64,000 nucleotides of DNA from Candidatus Methanomethylicia archaeon (GCA_038845975.1 JAWBQF010000004.1:1-64000), one strand, 5' to 3'; positions 21,449-32,260 are shown, numbered from the stretch's first letter. Notes: generated by a model not told the origin, from the sequence alone. Numbers and translations are program-made.

Positions 21449-22569
21449 CCAATCACCTCTAAAGCTTTAGATGCTATCTCGCTTGGATATATGGGTTCTC
21501 CTCCACCAACCTTATTTAATGATACTACTAGACATTTATTCTGAGCTATTCTTTCAACATCTAATACTAGCTGCCCCATATTCATTTCTGGAACTATAAT
21601 AGCTTTAACTCTTTCAGCCATCTTTACGATGGGGTTATCAATGATAGGCCATAGTGTTTTAAGATTAATATATGATGCCTCAACTCCCTTCTCCCTTAAT
21701 ATTTTAACAGCTCCCTTAACACTCCTAGCTACTGATCCGAATGATACAAATCCTATAGTACTGTTTTCAATATTATATTCTTCATACTCAAAAACTCTTT
21801 TAGCATTAAGCTTAATCTTTTCTACAAGTCTTTTTACAAGTTTAAAGTGGGTTTTAAACTCTCTAGTATCTCTTAACCCCCATTCGTTATGTGTTGATCC
21901 TGTAACCATAATGTTAAGCCCCTTACCTATTAATGGCATTGGCGGTGCTTCCATAGGATTATCGGAGTGAAATGGTGGTTTACTTAAATCCTCAGTTATT
22001 TTCCTATTAACTATATTAAAATGTTCTGGAATTTCTACCGTTTCCCTCATATGTCCAATAATCTCATCAGATAATACTATAACAGGTACTCTAAGCTCCT
22101 CAGATATATTGAATGCTTTAACTGTAAGATCTAGACATTCTTGCGGTGAGCTTGGAGCTAATATTACTACTTGCTGATCTCCATGTCTACCCCATCTAGC
22201 CTGCATTAAATCTCCCTGAGCAGACTTTGTTGCTTGACCTGTAGCAGGCCCTACCCTCATAACATCAATAACTACTAGTGGTGTTTCCGTCATAACAGCA
22301 TATCCTAAACCCTCCTGCATGAGGCTAAATCCTGGACCACTAGTAGCAGTCATTGATTTTAATCCACCCCATGAAGCTCCTATAATAGCATTTATAGCTG
22401 CAATCTCATCCTCTGCTTGGAAAAATATTCCCCCATGTTTAGGGAGCTCCATAGCCATATACTCCATAATCTCACTTGAAGGTGTTATCGGATATCCTGC
22501 ATAGAATCTACATCCAGCTCTTAAAGCCCCCTCGGCACATGCAATATTACCAGATATAAGCATCCTCAT
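21445..22569 (-). CDS. korA: 2-oxoacid:ferredoxin oxidoreductase alpha subunit (KorA-like)
   Basis: AGYPITPSSE, EDEIAA, TATSGPGFSLMQE, EMNMGQ. Confidence 0.93.
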   Translation of the reverse strand: MRMLISGNIACAEGALRAGCRFYAGYPITPSSEIMEYMAMELPKHGGIFFQAEDEIAAINAIIGASWGGLKSMTATSGPGFSLMQEGLGYAVMTETPLVVIDVMRVGPATGQATKSAQGDLMQARWGRHGDQQVVILAPSSPQECLDLTVKAFNISEELRVPVIVLSDEIIGHMRETVEIPEHFNIVNRKITEDLSKPPFHSDNPMEAPPMPLIGKGLNIMVTGSTHNEWGLRDTREFKTHFKLVKRLVEKIKLNAKRVFEYEEYNIENSTIGFVSFGSVARSVKGAVKILREKGVEASYINLKTLWPIIDNPIVKMAERVKAIIVPEMNMGQLVLDVERIAQNKCLVVSLNKVGGGEPIYPSEIASKALEVIG

Positions 22570-22784
22570 AGCTTATCCTCCACAATATAAACTGCAAAGT
22601 CTGGACACATATACTCACATAATCTACATCCAGTACAACCACTACCAATAACAGTTGTATAATAATATCCCCTACTATTAGGGATTGTACTAATCTTAAA
22701 GATTTTCACTGGACAAACATCAACACATATACCACATCCCTTACATCTATCAATATTAACACAAGGCTTAAACTCCCTATTCAT
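22566..22784 (-). CDS. korD: 2x[4Fe-4S] ferredoxin, delta subunit (KorD-like)
   Basis: CKGCGICVDVCP and CTGCRLCEYMCPDFA. Confidence 0.92.
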   Translation of the reverse strand: MNREFKPCVNIDRCKGCGICVDVCPVKIFKISTIPNSRGYYYTTVIGSGCTGCRLCEYMCPDFAVYIVEDKL

Positions 22785-23034
22785 AACAATCTAAACTCAA
22801 TATACTAAAAAAGTTTACGTTAATTAGCTTTGTGAAGTTAAGCATGTTTAAATTCATAGATCCTCATAAAACTTCTAATTGTATTGTTAGTATATTTCCC
22901 ATTTTGAATGAGATTTATGGTAAAATAGTTAATAGAAGCTTCTCTAGATACAGTTAATCTTTTATAACTTAACATCTATAGTGTTCACTATTTTCTGCAC
23001 AAAATATTTAAGCTTTCATTTTTCTTTTAGAATT

Positions 23035-23946
23035 ATGCCTAAGTATGTTTGGTTAAGTGGATCTATTGTTGAGTGGGAGAATGCTAAAGTTCATGTATAT
23101 GTTCATGCATTACATTATGGTACTGCTGTTTTTGAGGGTATTAGAGGATACTATGTTGATGATGTTATTAAGGTTTTTAGGCTTAAAGATCATTTAAAGC
23201 GTTTAGTAAACTCCGCAAAGATACTGTATATGAATATACCATATGCAATCGAAGATCTTGAAAAGGTTTCTATAGAGCTTGTTAGGGATAATGATCTACA
23301 TGAAAACATATATATTAGACCTATAGCTTTTAGAGGTCTCGGCGAGTTTGGAGTTAGAGGTTTAAAAAGCTCTATTGAAGTTGCAATTCTAGTTATACCT
23401 CTAGGGAAATACCTTAAATCTGAAAAAGTTAAATGTATGATTTCCTCTTGGAGAAGACCTCCAAACGATGTACTCCCAGTTGAGGCTAAGGCTTCAGGAA
23501 TCTATTTAAGTTCTAATCTTGCAGGTATTGAAGCTGCTCTTAGCGGATATGATGAAGCTATATTTCTCGACTATAATGGATATGTTTGTGAGGGTAGTGG
23601 TGAAAACATATTTATAGTTAAAAACAATGTGTTGATTACTCCTCCCGTATATAATTCTATTCTTGAAGGTATAACACGTAATACCGTTATTACATTAGCT
23701 AGAGATCTCGGCTATACTGTTATTGAACGTAAAATATCTAGAGGTGAGCTTTATACATGTGATGAAGCATTCTTTACAGGTACTGCTGCTGAAATTACAC
23801 CAATAGTTGAGGTTGATCATAGAGTTATAGGTAACGGTGATGTGGGGGAGGTTACAGATAAAATTTCAAAGTTTTTCCGTGAAGTAGTTTCAGGACGTGT
23901 TTGGAAATATATGGACTGGATAACAGAGGTAAAGCTTAAATCCTAA
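23035..23946 (+). CDS. ilvE: Branched-chain amino acid aminotransferase
   Basis: HALHYGTAVFEGIR, YIRP, EGSGENIF, ILEGITR, FFTGTAAEITP. Start moved to the ATG at 23035. Confidence 0.95.
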   Translation: MPKYVWLSGSIVEWENAKVHVYVHALHYGTAVFEGIRGYYVDDVIKVFRLKDHLKRLVNSAKILYMNIPYAIEDLEKVSIELVRDNDLHENIYIRPIAFRGLGEFGVRGLKSSIEVAILVIPLGKYLKSEKVKCMISSWRRPPNDVLPVEAKASGIYLSSNLAGIEAALSGYDEAIFLDYNGYVCEGSGENIFIVKNNVLITPPVYNSILEGITRNTVITLARDLGYTVIERKISRGELYTCDEAFFTGTAAEITPIVEVDHRVIGNGDVGEVTDKISKFFREVVSGRVWKYMDWITEVKLKS

Positions 23947-23948
23947 TC

Positions 23949-24590
23949 ATGCCTTGGAGAACTCAAGTATTAAAAGTTAGCTTAAACAATCCTGAACCCA
24001 ATGTAATCAGTAAAGCAGTATCTATTCTTCTTAATGGCGGCTTAGTAATTTATCCAACAGATACTGTTTATGGGCTTGGTGCAAATCCATTTGATACTGA
24101 AGCCGTTAGGAAAGTATATTTGGTTAAAGGACGCGGCCCTCAGCCTCTACCAATAATTACCGACTCTATAGAGTCAGCATCTAAATTCGCATATATAACT
24201 CCACTAGCTAGAAAGCTTATGGAGAGATTCTGGCCTGGACCATTAACAATAGTCTTAAAAGCTAAGAGTGAAGCTCCAAGAAAGGTTTTAGCTGGAGATA
24301 CTATTGGTATTAGAATGCCAAACCATAAAGTTGCACTAATGCTTGCTAAAGGTATTGGAGGATTAATAGTAGGAACCAGTGCTAATCTTCATGGTGCTCA
24401 ATCACCTAGAAACGTTGATGAAGCCTTAGCACAGCTTAATGGACATGTAGATTTGGCATTAGATTCTGGAAGTGTAATTCACGGTATTCCATCAACAGTT
24501 GTAGATGCTACAGGTAGTAAACTTAGAATTATTAGAGAGGGGGTATTGAAGGATGAAGTGTTTAAAACATATTTTCCTAATGAAATTTAA
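23949..24590 (+). CDS. tsaC: Threonylcarbamoyl-AMP synthase (TsaC/YrdC domain only)
   Basis: PTDTVYGLG, KGR, FWPGPLT, GIRMP, TSANLHG, PSTVVD. Confidence 0.93.
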   Translation: MPWRTQVLKVSLNNPEPNVISKAVSILLNGGLVIYPTDTVYGLGANPFDTEAVRKVYLVKGRGPQPLPIITDSIESASKFAYITPLARKLMERFWPGPLTIVLKAKSEAPRKVLAGDTIGIRMPNHKVALMLAKGIGGLIVGTSANLHGAQSPRNVDEALAQLNGHVDLALDSGSVIHGIPSTVVDATGSKLRIIREGVLKDEVFKTYFPNEI

Positions 24591-24741
24591 CCAACATATC
24601 ACTCAAATCTTAACTCTCCAACTAATCTAAGATTTAAAGCTAAAGGAACCTTATATTCATCTGTTAAGAATAATCAGCAAATTAGACTAATAGGGAGTTT
24701 AACTGAGGTGAATAATCCATCAGTATTGATAATATAAAAAT

Positions 24742-26037
24742 TTATATTGATTTTAATGCTTTCTTTAATTCCTTAACGTTACTAATCCATTTCTCATCTC
24801 CTTCAATCCATGGTACTGCAACTAGGGATAACCGTACCGCATTTATTGGTTCTCCGTAAAATGCTCTACCTGGTACTGTTACTACTCCGTATTCCTCAAG
24901 GATCTTTGTTGAGAATTTATCACCATCTATTGGTGTCCTAACTAATACGTAGAGCGCTCCAAATACTCCATTACCTGGAAGTATAAGATATTCCTTAAGC
25001 TCCTCTATAAGTATTGTTAATCTATCAGCTAGTACCTTGCAGGTCCATGTATGTGTTATAGGTTTTTTAAGGAATTCTTCAAGAATTACTGCTCCAATAA
25101 TGAACGATGCTGTTGGGCTGCTTAAATTTTCTCTTCCAACTATTGTATTCATGTTTTCAATCCATTCTGGACATGATAATGCCATTCCAAATCTTAATCC
25201 AGCTATAAGACATGTTTTAGATAGGCTTGAAAGAATACACATGTAATCATGATATTTACTTGAAATATTTCTAAATTCGTTTAGTTTTTCTTTGAGGAAA
25301 CTTTCATCATAAATTGCCTTCTTTGAGTTTAATCTTAAAACTGTAAATATGTATGGTGCATCCCATACTACAGCTCCATCCTTCCTAATCATTATTTCAA
25401 TAATGCTTTTTAAATCGCTTGGACTTGTATATCCTGTCGGGTTGTTAGGCATACTTATATAGAATACAGAGTCTTGAGTAGCTTTACTTTCAACATCCGA
25501 TAAATCTATTGATAAATCTTCCTTTACATCAACTCTAACTTCTCTTAATCCATGTGTCCTAGTAGTTCCCGAAGCAGCGTCATACTCCCATCTTGGCATT
25601 AAAACATCTATACCCTCCTTAAGTGATCTTAGAGATGCTGCTAGAGCCTGTTGGCCACCAGCAGTTACAATAACTCTGTTTAAATCATTTTCAGATAATG
25701 GAATACCATGTATATTCCTAAAATATTCTAATACAAGCTTTTTAATTTGAGGTGTACCTCCAGTTGTACTATATCCTAAGCCCTTAGGGCTCTGGTAGAA
25801 TGATTCAATAATTCCCTTCCTTAAACCCTCAGCTATAACAGCTAGGCTTTCAGGAAGATTTCTATTAACTTCAATTTCAAGCTTTGTGAAAAGATTGAAT
25901 TCAGCTGGAAGTCTACCAACATTTCCACTACTAAAGTCAAATACTGGAAGCTTTCTCACTTCTCTTTCAGCAACTTTAGCCATAGCAGTACGAATAGCTG
26001 GTGGTGGTGGAGGAGGAGATAAATAGTTACGCTTCAT
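24742..26037 (-). CDS. PLP-dependent aminotransferase class I/II (divergent)
   Basis: VTAGGQQA, PNNPTG, WDAPY, SLSKTCLIAGLRFG (PLP Lys), VPGRAF, RLS. Confidence 0.88.
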   Translation of the reverse strand: MKRNYLSPPPPPPAIRTAMAKVAEREVRKLPVFDFSSGNVGRLPAEFNLFTKLEIEVNRNLPESLAVIAEGLRKGIIESFYQSPKGLGYSTTGGTPQIKKLVLEYFRNIHGIPLSENDLNRVIVTAGGQQALAASLRSLKEGIDVLMPRWEYDAASGTTRTHGLREVRVDVKEDLSIDLSDVESKATQDSVFYISMPNNPTGYTSPSDLKSIIEIMIRKDGAVVWDAPYIFTVLRLNSKKAIYDESFLKEKLNEFRNISSKYHDYMCILSSLSKTCLIAGLRFGMALSCPEWIENMNTIVGRENLSSPTASFIIGAVILEEFLKKPITHTWTCKVLADRLTILIEELKEYLILPGNGVFGALYVLVRTPIDGDKFSTKILEEYGVVTVPGRAFYGEPINAVRLSLVAVPWIEGDEKWISNVKELKKALKSI

Positions 26038-26091
26038 AGTTTCCCAAGATAAAGCTAAATCATAGCATATAAACTTTTCTTAAATATAGCG

Positions 26092-26790
26092 GGCTTTGTT
26101 AACTTAAGCATGTTTTATCATCTCTATTTTGGTTTTTGTTTCTATGAATTCTTAGCTTTATCTTCTTGTTAATCCATATTTGTTAGCTATACTATTGACT
26201 TCATAAGCATCGATACATGTTCATTATCACATTTATTCTCCTACATAGTATGTAGTTATCGAATAGTTTACCTATCCTAATGTATTGTATTATCCTCTCC
26301 ATTAATTCTAACTTCTAAACTGTATAATTCATATTTTAAGCTTAATACTCTACATGGCGTCTTATAATAATGAGTTTCACCACTTAACACAATTATATTA
26401 GAGCCGTAGATAGCCCTTATTTTCTAAGGAATGTTATTGATGTAAGCATGTTGCAGCATCGCAAACCCATACGTATAGAATCCCCCCAATAATGGTTCAA
26501 CAACATAATAATCTTCCTCATAGAACCTATACTTATAGCATCATCAATCATAACAATTTTAACATCCCTTCTACCAAACTCAAATAGAAAGCTTAAGATA
26601 AACTATAATATAGATACATGATCCTACAATAATAAGCTTAGAATATCTGAAGTATTTAGATGAACTGAAGTATAAGCACTATAAAGCTAGAGTAAATGGA
26701 CTTCCCATCCTATAAACCTAACAATTTTAACCATACTAACACTATGAATAAGGAAGAGAATCTCCAAGTAAAGCTAAAGTTAACAAAGCC
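26092..26790. mobile_element. ~700-bp non-autonomous element (family B), copy 1
   Basis: Ends GGCTTTGTTAACTTAAGC / GCTAAAGTTAACAAAGCC; 8-bp TSD ATATAGCG / ATATAGCT; colinear with 50218-50905; no ORF of 60 aa or more. Confidence 0.88.
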
Positions 26791-26799
26791 ATATAGCTA

Positions 26800-26887
26800 G
26801 CTCTATAAGTTTTAGATATGAGAGCTAATGATTTACTATAAGATATTTAAACTTTAAAACCTATATGAAGAGTTAAGTTCACAAAGC
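26800..26887. mobile_element. Small MITE (family C variant) abutting family B
   Basis: Ends GCTCTATAAGTTTTAGATATG / TTAAGTTCACAAAGC match the reverse complement of 38949-39006. Confidence 0.55.
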
Positions 26888-27054
26888 TGAATTATTTCGA
26901 AGTCTAAGTATTTTAACTAATATATATTACTTCACGTTTAGTCTGCTTAATGCTATAATAGTTGCTAACAAAAATCTACAGGCTATATATAGTGGTTTCA
27001 TGGCTTGTAGAATATTATTATTTTCACTTCATTTATTCACTATTTCATGATTTG

Positions 27055-27639
27055 TTAGGTATAGCTTCTTAAATCCAACTCGTAATGTATTATTGTTATT
27101 ACTTGAGAGGCAAAGTACTCTATTTTCCCAATGGAAACCGTTTCTATACCGATTCTTTTTAAGTATTCTTCGATTTCTCTAGGTAATCCTTTATGGTCGC
27201 CTATTACTGCTGCGAATTTGGATTGGAACTCAAAGTTTCTTATATTTTTCCCTTTTGGATGCATGTATATAACCTGTTGTTTCCTTACTTTTTCATCAAT
27301 AAGCTCTTTAAAGCCTAACTTCTTTATAGTAATACCTGGCTCAGACTCTACTTCTCTTTTATCTCCTAATTTCTCTAATGCTATCCTTATATGTGAAGCT
27401 ATATTTCTCTCATCAGGTGATGTACGTTTAATCTTTACAGAATCAAATATAATTGTTTTAGGAGGATTAGGTGGTCCATTCAAAACAACATATACTTTAA
27501 CATCTTTCCTAATAGCATCCGAAATAAAAATCGCATTTGATATACATCTAGCTATTAAATCCATTCTACCTGCCCCAGGCAAATCATCAAGTCTAAACGG
27601 CTTCGTAACTCCATGAGTATATATTATGAATTCCCTCAC
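27055..27639 (-). CDS. trmY: tRNA (pseudouridine(54)-N1)-methyltransferase
   Basis: DDLPGAGRMDLIARCI, PDERNIA, IGDHKGL, C-terminal IIHYELD. Confidence 0.93.
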   Translation of the reverse strand: MREFIIYTHGVTKPFRLDDLPGAGRMDLIARCISNAIFISDAIRKDVKVYVVLNGPPNPPKTIIFDSVKIKRTSPDERNIASHIRIALEKLGDKREVESEPGITIKKLGFKELIDEKVRKQQVIYMHPKGKNIRNFEFQSKFAAVIGDHKGLPREIEEYLKRIGIETVSIGKIEYFASQVITIIHYELDLRSYT

Positions 27640-27888
27640 ATGGAATTATTTTAACTCGCTATAAATTAATTTTACCTAAATTGTTAGGACTGTAGTTATA
27701 TGTTGTTGAGGAATGAATGTAATGGGTTATGTAGTAGTAACCATGAGTTAGTAGTATGCATGATGAAGTATGATTGTAGAGATAAATATTAAGAACTCAT
27801 AGAAAACATTTTTAGCAAATATTATAATATCTTAAACTCATAAAGCTTGAAGTAGTAAGCTTAATATTGTGCTGTTCCCTATTTAGCT

Positions 27889-29481
27889 ATGCTTAGATTA
27901 AAGGTATGTACTGTTGAGGAGATGGCTAGGCTTGACTTGAAGGCTACTGAAATTTATGGTATTAGCCAGGATATTTTAATGGAGAATGCTGGACATGCTG
28001 TCTACTTTACAATTCTTAAGGAGTACGGTGTTTCTGGAGTAAGGTTTATGGTTGTTGCCGGCCATGGAAATAATGGCGGTGATGCTCTTGTAGTTGCCCG
28101 TAAACTATATTCTAACGGTGGGAATGTAAAGGTGTTTATTATAGGTGATCCGGAAAGATATAGAGAGCCTGCTAGGAAAAACTATGAAGTTATATGTAGA
28201 TTAGGTATTGAGAGGTATATAGTAAGAAGAGATGATGAGCTAAGTATTTTTAGAGAAGCTCTTAAATGGGCTGATGTTATTGTAGTAGGTATTTTTGGAA
28301 CCGGATTATCTGGAGAAGTTACAGGTATATATAGAAAAGCTATAGAGGAGATAAATAGTATAGGTAAAATTGTTTTTAGTGTTGATATACCTTCAGGAAT
28401 TAATGGGGATAATGGTAAAGTATGCGGGGTTGCTGTAAAGTCAAACTATACTGTAACTTTTGGACTACCCAAACTTGGAAATATATTATATCCAGGATAT
28501 AGTTACTGTGGTAAGCTTTATGTTTCACATATATCCTATCCTCCGGAGCTATACAATACTGATGATGTTAAGGTAGAGATCAATATTCCAACTCCTCCTC
28601 CAGTTAGAATTCGATGGGGTCATAAAGGAATGTTTGGTAAGCTTCTAACAATTGCGGGCGCTAGAAACTATTATGGTGCACCATACTTTTCAGCATTATC
28701 ATTCCTAAAGGCTGGTGGAGGCTACTCAAGACTAGCAGCTCCTAAATCAATAATTCCATTCATAGCATCAAAGGCAAGTGAGGTTGTATATATACCTCTA
28801 AACGAAACATCTGAAGGATCAATATCAATGGATAATTACGGCTTCATCATGGATCTAATTGAAAAATACGATATAGATATTGTTACTCTAGGTCCAGGAA
28901 CGTCTCTTAATGAAGAGACTCAGGAGTTTATAAGGATGCTTACTAGAGATATTGTAAAGCCTATAATAATAGATGGTGATGGATTAACGGCAATATCAAA
29001 AGATCTAAATATTGTTAAGAATAGAAAGGCAGTAACAATTCTAACACCTCACCTTGGAGAAATGTCCAGGTTAACAGGTATAAACATTAAGGAAATCCAG
29101 GAGAAAATCATAGAGGTGCTACGTAATACTGCTCAGAATTTAAACTCCTTCATAGTTTTGAAGGGAGCCCATAGCCTAGTAAGCTATCCTAATGGATACA
29201 TATACATAAACATGTCAGGAAATCCTGGAATGGCTACAGCAGGATCCGGAGATGTATTAACCGGAACAATAGCTGCTATGTATGGTCTAGGCTATGAAGT
29301 TAGAGATGCTGTAAGAATGGGTGTATTCATACATGGTTTAGCTGGAGACATAGCAGCTGAAAGAATAGGAGAGGATGGAATAACAGCTGAAGACATAATG
29401 AACCATCTACCTGAAGCTATGAAGATACTTAGAACAAACATTCAAGAACTTACAAAAAGATATCTACCTGAAATAATCTAA
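27889..29481 (+). CDS. nnr: Bifunctional NAD(P)HX epimerase / dehydratase (NnrE-NnrD)
   Basis: LMENAG, GNNGGD, SVDIPSG; [40 protein letters not shown]. Confidence 0.95.
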   Translation: MLRLKVCTVEEMARLDLKATEIYGISQDILMENAGHAVYFTILKEYGVSGVRFMVVAGHGNNGGDALVVARKLYSNGGNVKVFIIGDPERYREPARKNYEVICRLGIERYIVRRDDELSIFREALKWADVIVVGIFGTGLSGEVTGIYRKAIEEINSIGKIVFSVDIPSGINGDNGKVCGVAVKSNYTVTFGLPKLGNILYPGYSYCGKLYVSHISYPPELYNTDDVKVEINIPTPPPVRIRWGHKGMFGKLLTIAGARNYYGAPYFSALSFLKAGGGYSRLAAPKSIIPFIASKASEVVYIPLNETSEGSISMDNYGFIMDLIEKYDIDIVTLGPGTSLNEETQEFIRMLTRDIVKPIIIDGDGLTAISKDLNIVKNRKAVTILTPHLGEMSRLTGINIKEIQEKIIEVLRNTAQNLNSFIVLKGAHSLVSYPNGYIYINMSGNPGMATAGSGDVLTGTIAAMYGLGYEVRDAVRMGVFIHGLAGDIAAERIGEDGITAEDIMNHLPEAMKILRTNIQELTKRYLPEII

Positions 29482-29491
29482 CTAAAACTTA

Positions 29492-30217
29492 GGCTTTGTT
29501 AACTTAAGTTAGGACTGGTAGACCTAGGTTGGGTATTACTCAAATATTATATGGTGTATTGTATGTTCTTACTACTGGTTGTAGTGGATGCCTGCTAGGT
29601 TGGGTATTACTCAACGGCTCTTAGGGGGCTTAAGAAGTGGATGGAGCTAAACATATGGAAGAATACACCAATACCCTAATATCTAAAGGATACTCTATGG
29701 GTAAGCTTCGGTACAGCTATTATTGATAGTACAACTATTAAGACTAGGAAAGGGGAAGTTAATCAATTACGATGGATATAAGCATATTAAGGATGCCTAA
29801 GATTCATGTGGTTGTATTACGTGAAGCCCTACCATTAATCAAGTTGGATCTGGCAATGAGTATGATTCAAAATGCTTTATACCCTCCTAGAAGACTTAAG
29901 GATTAAACATGGTAAACCTAGAGAGGTTGTAGGAGATTCAGCATACAATACTAGAGAGATTAGAGAATACCCAAGCATAAGAAGATAAAAACAAATATGG
30001 ATGTCAGTCCAAGGAGTAGATGTAAGCATAAACGTGGAGGATCGTATAGACTCGATAGAAGACATATAGGAGTATGGGGAGCACTGTTGAAAGATTCTTT
30101 TCATGGATAAAATCATTCAGGGAATAACAATAAGGTACGAAAGGCTAACATCAACATTCCTAGAATTCATACAAGTAGCATACATAATAATATACCTAAA
30201 AGTTTTGCAATGGGTTC
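29492..30217 (+). mobile_element. Decayed IS5-family (IS427-group) element preceded by a family-B terminal IR
   Basis: GGCTTTGTTAACTTAAG at 29492, then fragments colinear with 46651-47490 (IDSTTIKTRKG, GDSAYNTREIREY, TIRYERLTSTFLEFIQVA). Right IR AGTTTTGCAATGGGTTC at 30201-30217. Confidence 0.82.
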
Positions 30218-30239
30218 AAATCCAAAACTTATTACAAAC

Positions 30240-30292
30240 AATTCAATTGAAAATTGTAAATTTTTTCAATAAACAATTGAAAAAGTTTATTA
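30240..30292 (+). promoter_or_regulatory. Palindromic operator-like site overlapping BRE/TATA of the AOR gene
   Basis: TTTTTCAAT-AAACA-ATTGAAAAA (30262-30284, perfect 9-bp arms); CAATTGAAAA repeated at 30244 and 30274; AAAGTTTATTA follows. Confidence 0.5.
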
Positions 30293-30324
30293 GTTAGTTT
30301 TACTATATAGTTAATGGGAATTTT

Positions 30325-32223
30325 ATGATTAAAGGAGGATACATGGGAAAGATTCTTAGGGTTGACTTAACTACAGAAAGGATAGTGGAGGAAGGATTAC
30401 CTTCTGAGGATATTTTAAGGAAATATGTAGGCTGTTTTGGTCTTGGATTATGGTATTTAATAAGAGAGCTACCTACAGGAGTCAGCCCATTAGAGCCTGA
30501 AAACCCTCTAATCTTCATGAACGGTCCCTTTGTTTCTACAGAAGGAACGAAGATTGCAGTTCCATCACCAAATAACTGTACTGCTGTGACGTTAAATGCT
30601 GATACTGGATTTACAGCAGGAAGATCTCATTCACATGGATGGTTCGGTCCGAGATTGAAGGGGGCTGGATATGACGGCATTATTATAACTGGAGCCTCGA
30701 AAAAATGGGTTTATCTTTGGATTCATGAAGGCGAAGTTGAGATTCGAGATGCAGGAAAGTTTATTGGAAGAGATACTCATGAAACCGAGGATCTTATTAA
30801 GGAGGATTTAGGCTTTACTACGGATCTTCCAGGAAAAGTAAGTGTAGCTGCTATTGGGCCTGCTGGAGAGAATATGTGTGCAGGAGCACTCATAGAGAAT
30901 GATAAAAACCATTCATTTTCTCATTCAGGTGTAGGAGCAGTAATGGGGTCTAAAAAGTTGAAGGCTATTGCAGTTAAAGGAGAGAAACCTGTTCCAATAG
31001 TAGATGAGGAGAAGCTAAGGGAAATATCTAGGGAATGGACGAAGGGTGCAAGTACATTAGGATTGTTTCCAATAGTTGGGCAGGCAGGAGTTCCAAGAAG
31101 TAATTATAAAGGTGTTCTAAATCTTGTAGGTTTATCTGCTAAAAACTGGACAACAAACATGCTTCCTGGCTTCGGTGAAGGAATGACTGAGAAGGGAAAA
31201 ATAACTCCAAAACCATGTTTTAGATGTCCAGTAGCATGTTCCTATGAGGTTGAAGTAGTAGAGCCGGGTCCTCTAAAAGGTTATGTAGCTACCTTATCTG
31301 GTGGAGGAGAAAATCAAGAAGGAGCTTCCTCTATAGTTGGAGTAGCTGATCCTCCAAGCGTCTGGTATTTAACAGATTTAAACGACCGCTTAGGATTTGA
31401 AACAAGTACTGTAGGCTGCGCTATGGCTGTAGCATTTGAGGCTTATGAGAAGGGTCTTCTTACTAAAGAACAGACGGATGGCTTAGAGTTAAGATGGGGT
31501 GATGTTAAAACCATAGAGACGCTTTTAAGGAAGATTGCTAAGAGAGAAGGTTTCGGTAATCTATTAGCTGATGGACCTAAAATAGCAGCTGAAAGAGTAG
31601 GCTTACCTGAAGCTGCCGTTCATATAAAAGGTTCAGGTATGAATCTACATGATTGGAGGAGAGCTTGGGGAGTATTACTTGGGCAGATAGTTGGTGGAGG
31701 GTCTGGATGGCCTGCTCCAGGAGCTGATTGTTGGACTCCCGAGGCTGATGTGGGCTATCCTGTAAAAACAAATCCATTAACTCCATTTGGTAAAGCAGAG
31801 GAAGTAGCTAAGACTGGAAGGTTAAAGTATTGGAATGACTGTCATGGAAGTTGTTGGTTTGCAACTTGGGGTGTTCCAGGTATTCTTAAGTATACTAGTG
31901 GGGCTATTTCCGCTATAGTAGGATGGGACTTCACTCCAGAGGAAGCATTAATGGTTGGTGAACGTGTAATAACTCTTGAAAGAATCTTCAATATTAGGCA
32001 GGGTTTAACTGTAGAGGATGATCTAAATGTTTCTCCTAGAATAACAGATCCAGCTCCAGCTGATGCTGGCCCCGCAGCTGGAAAGAGTATTAAGCCATAT
32101 TTAGAGGGATGGGTAAGAGACTACTATAGACTTATGGGATGGGATCCAAAAACAGGTAAGCCTCTAAGATCAACTCTTAGAAAGCTAGGATTAGAGGAAT
32201 ATATATCTTTCATATGGCCGTAA
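30325..32223 (+). CDS. aor: Aldehyde:ferredoxin oxidoreductase family (tungsten WOR/AOR)
   Basis: GYMGKILRVDLT, AAIGPAGEN, GAVMGSKKLKAIAV, Fe-S motif CFRCPVAC, C-terminal YYRLMGWD..GKP...TL.KLGL. Confidence 0.93.
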   Translation: MIKGGYMGKILRVDLTTERIVEEGLPSEDILRKYVGCFGLGLWYLIRELPTGVSPLEPENPLIFMNGPFVSTEGTKIAVPSPNNCTAVTLNADTGFTAGRSHSHGWFGPRLKGAGYDGIIITGASKKWVYLWIHEGEVEIRDAGKFIGRDTHETEDLIKEDLGFTTDLPGKVSVAAIGPAGENMCAGALIENDKNHSFSHSGVGAVMGSKKLKAIAVKGEKPVPIVDEEKLREISREWTKGASTLGLFPIVGQAGVPRSNYKGVLNLVGLSAKNWTTNMLPGFGEGMTEKGKITPKPCFRCPVACSYEVEVVEPGPLKGYVATLSGGGENQEGASSIVGVADPPSVWYLTDLNDRLGFETSTVGCAMAVAFEAYEKGLLTKEQTDGLELRWGDVKTIETLLRKIAKREGFGNLLADGPKIAAERVGLPEAAVHIKGSGMNLHDWRRAWGVLLGQIVGGGSGWPAPGADCWTPEADVGYPVKTNPLTPFGKAEEVAKTGRLKYWNDCHGSCWFATWGVPGILKYTSGAISAIVGWDFTPEEALMVGERVITLERIFNIRQGLTVEDDLNVSPRITDPAPADAGPAAGKSIKPYLEGWVRDYYRLMGWDPKTGKPLRSTLRKLGLEEYISFIWP

Positions 32224-32260
32224 AATAACAACTTCATTTTTATAAACTCTTTTTTATATT

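Noticed and set aside
29524-29614. Exact 20-bp direct repeat CTAGGTTGGGTATTACTCAA (29524, 29595), like a mini-CRISPR
   Set aside because: Only two units and no cas genes. Both the repeat and the spacer align to the IS427-type transposase (46770-46875), so it is a local rearrangement in an IS remnant.
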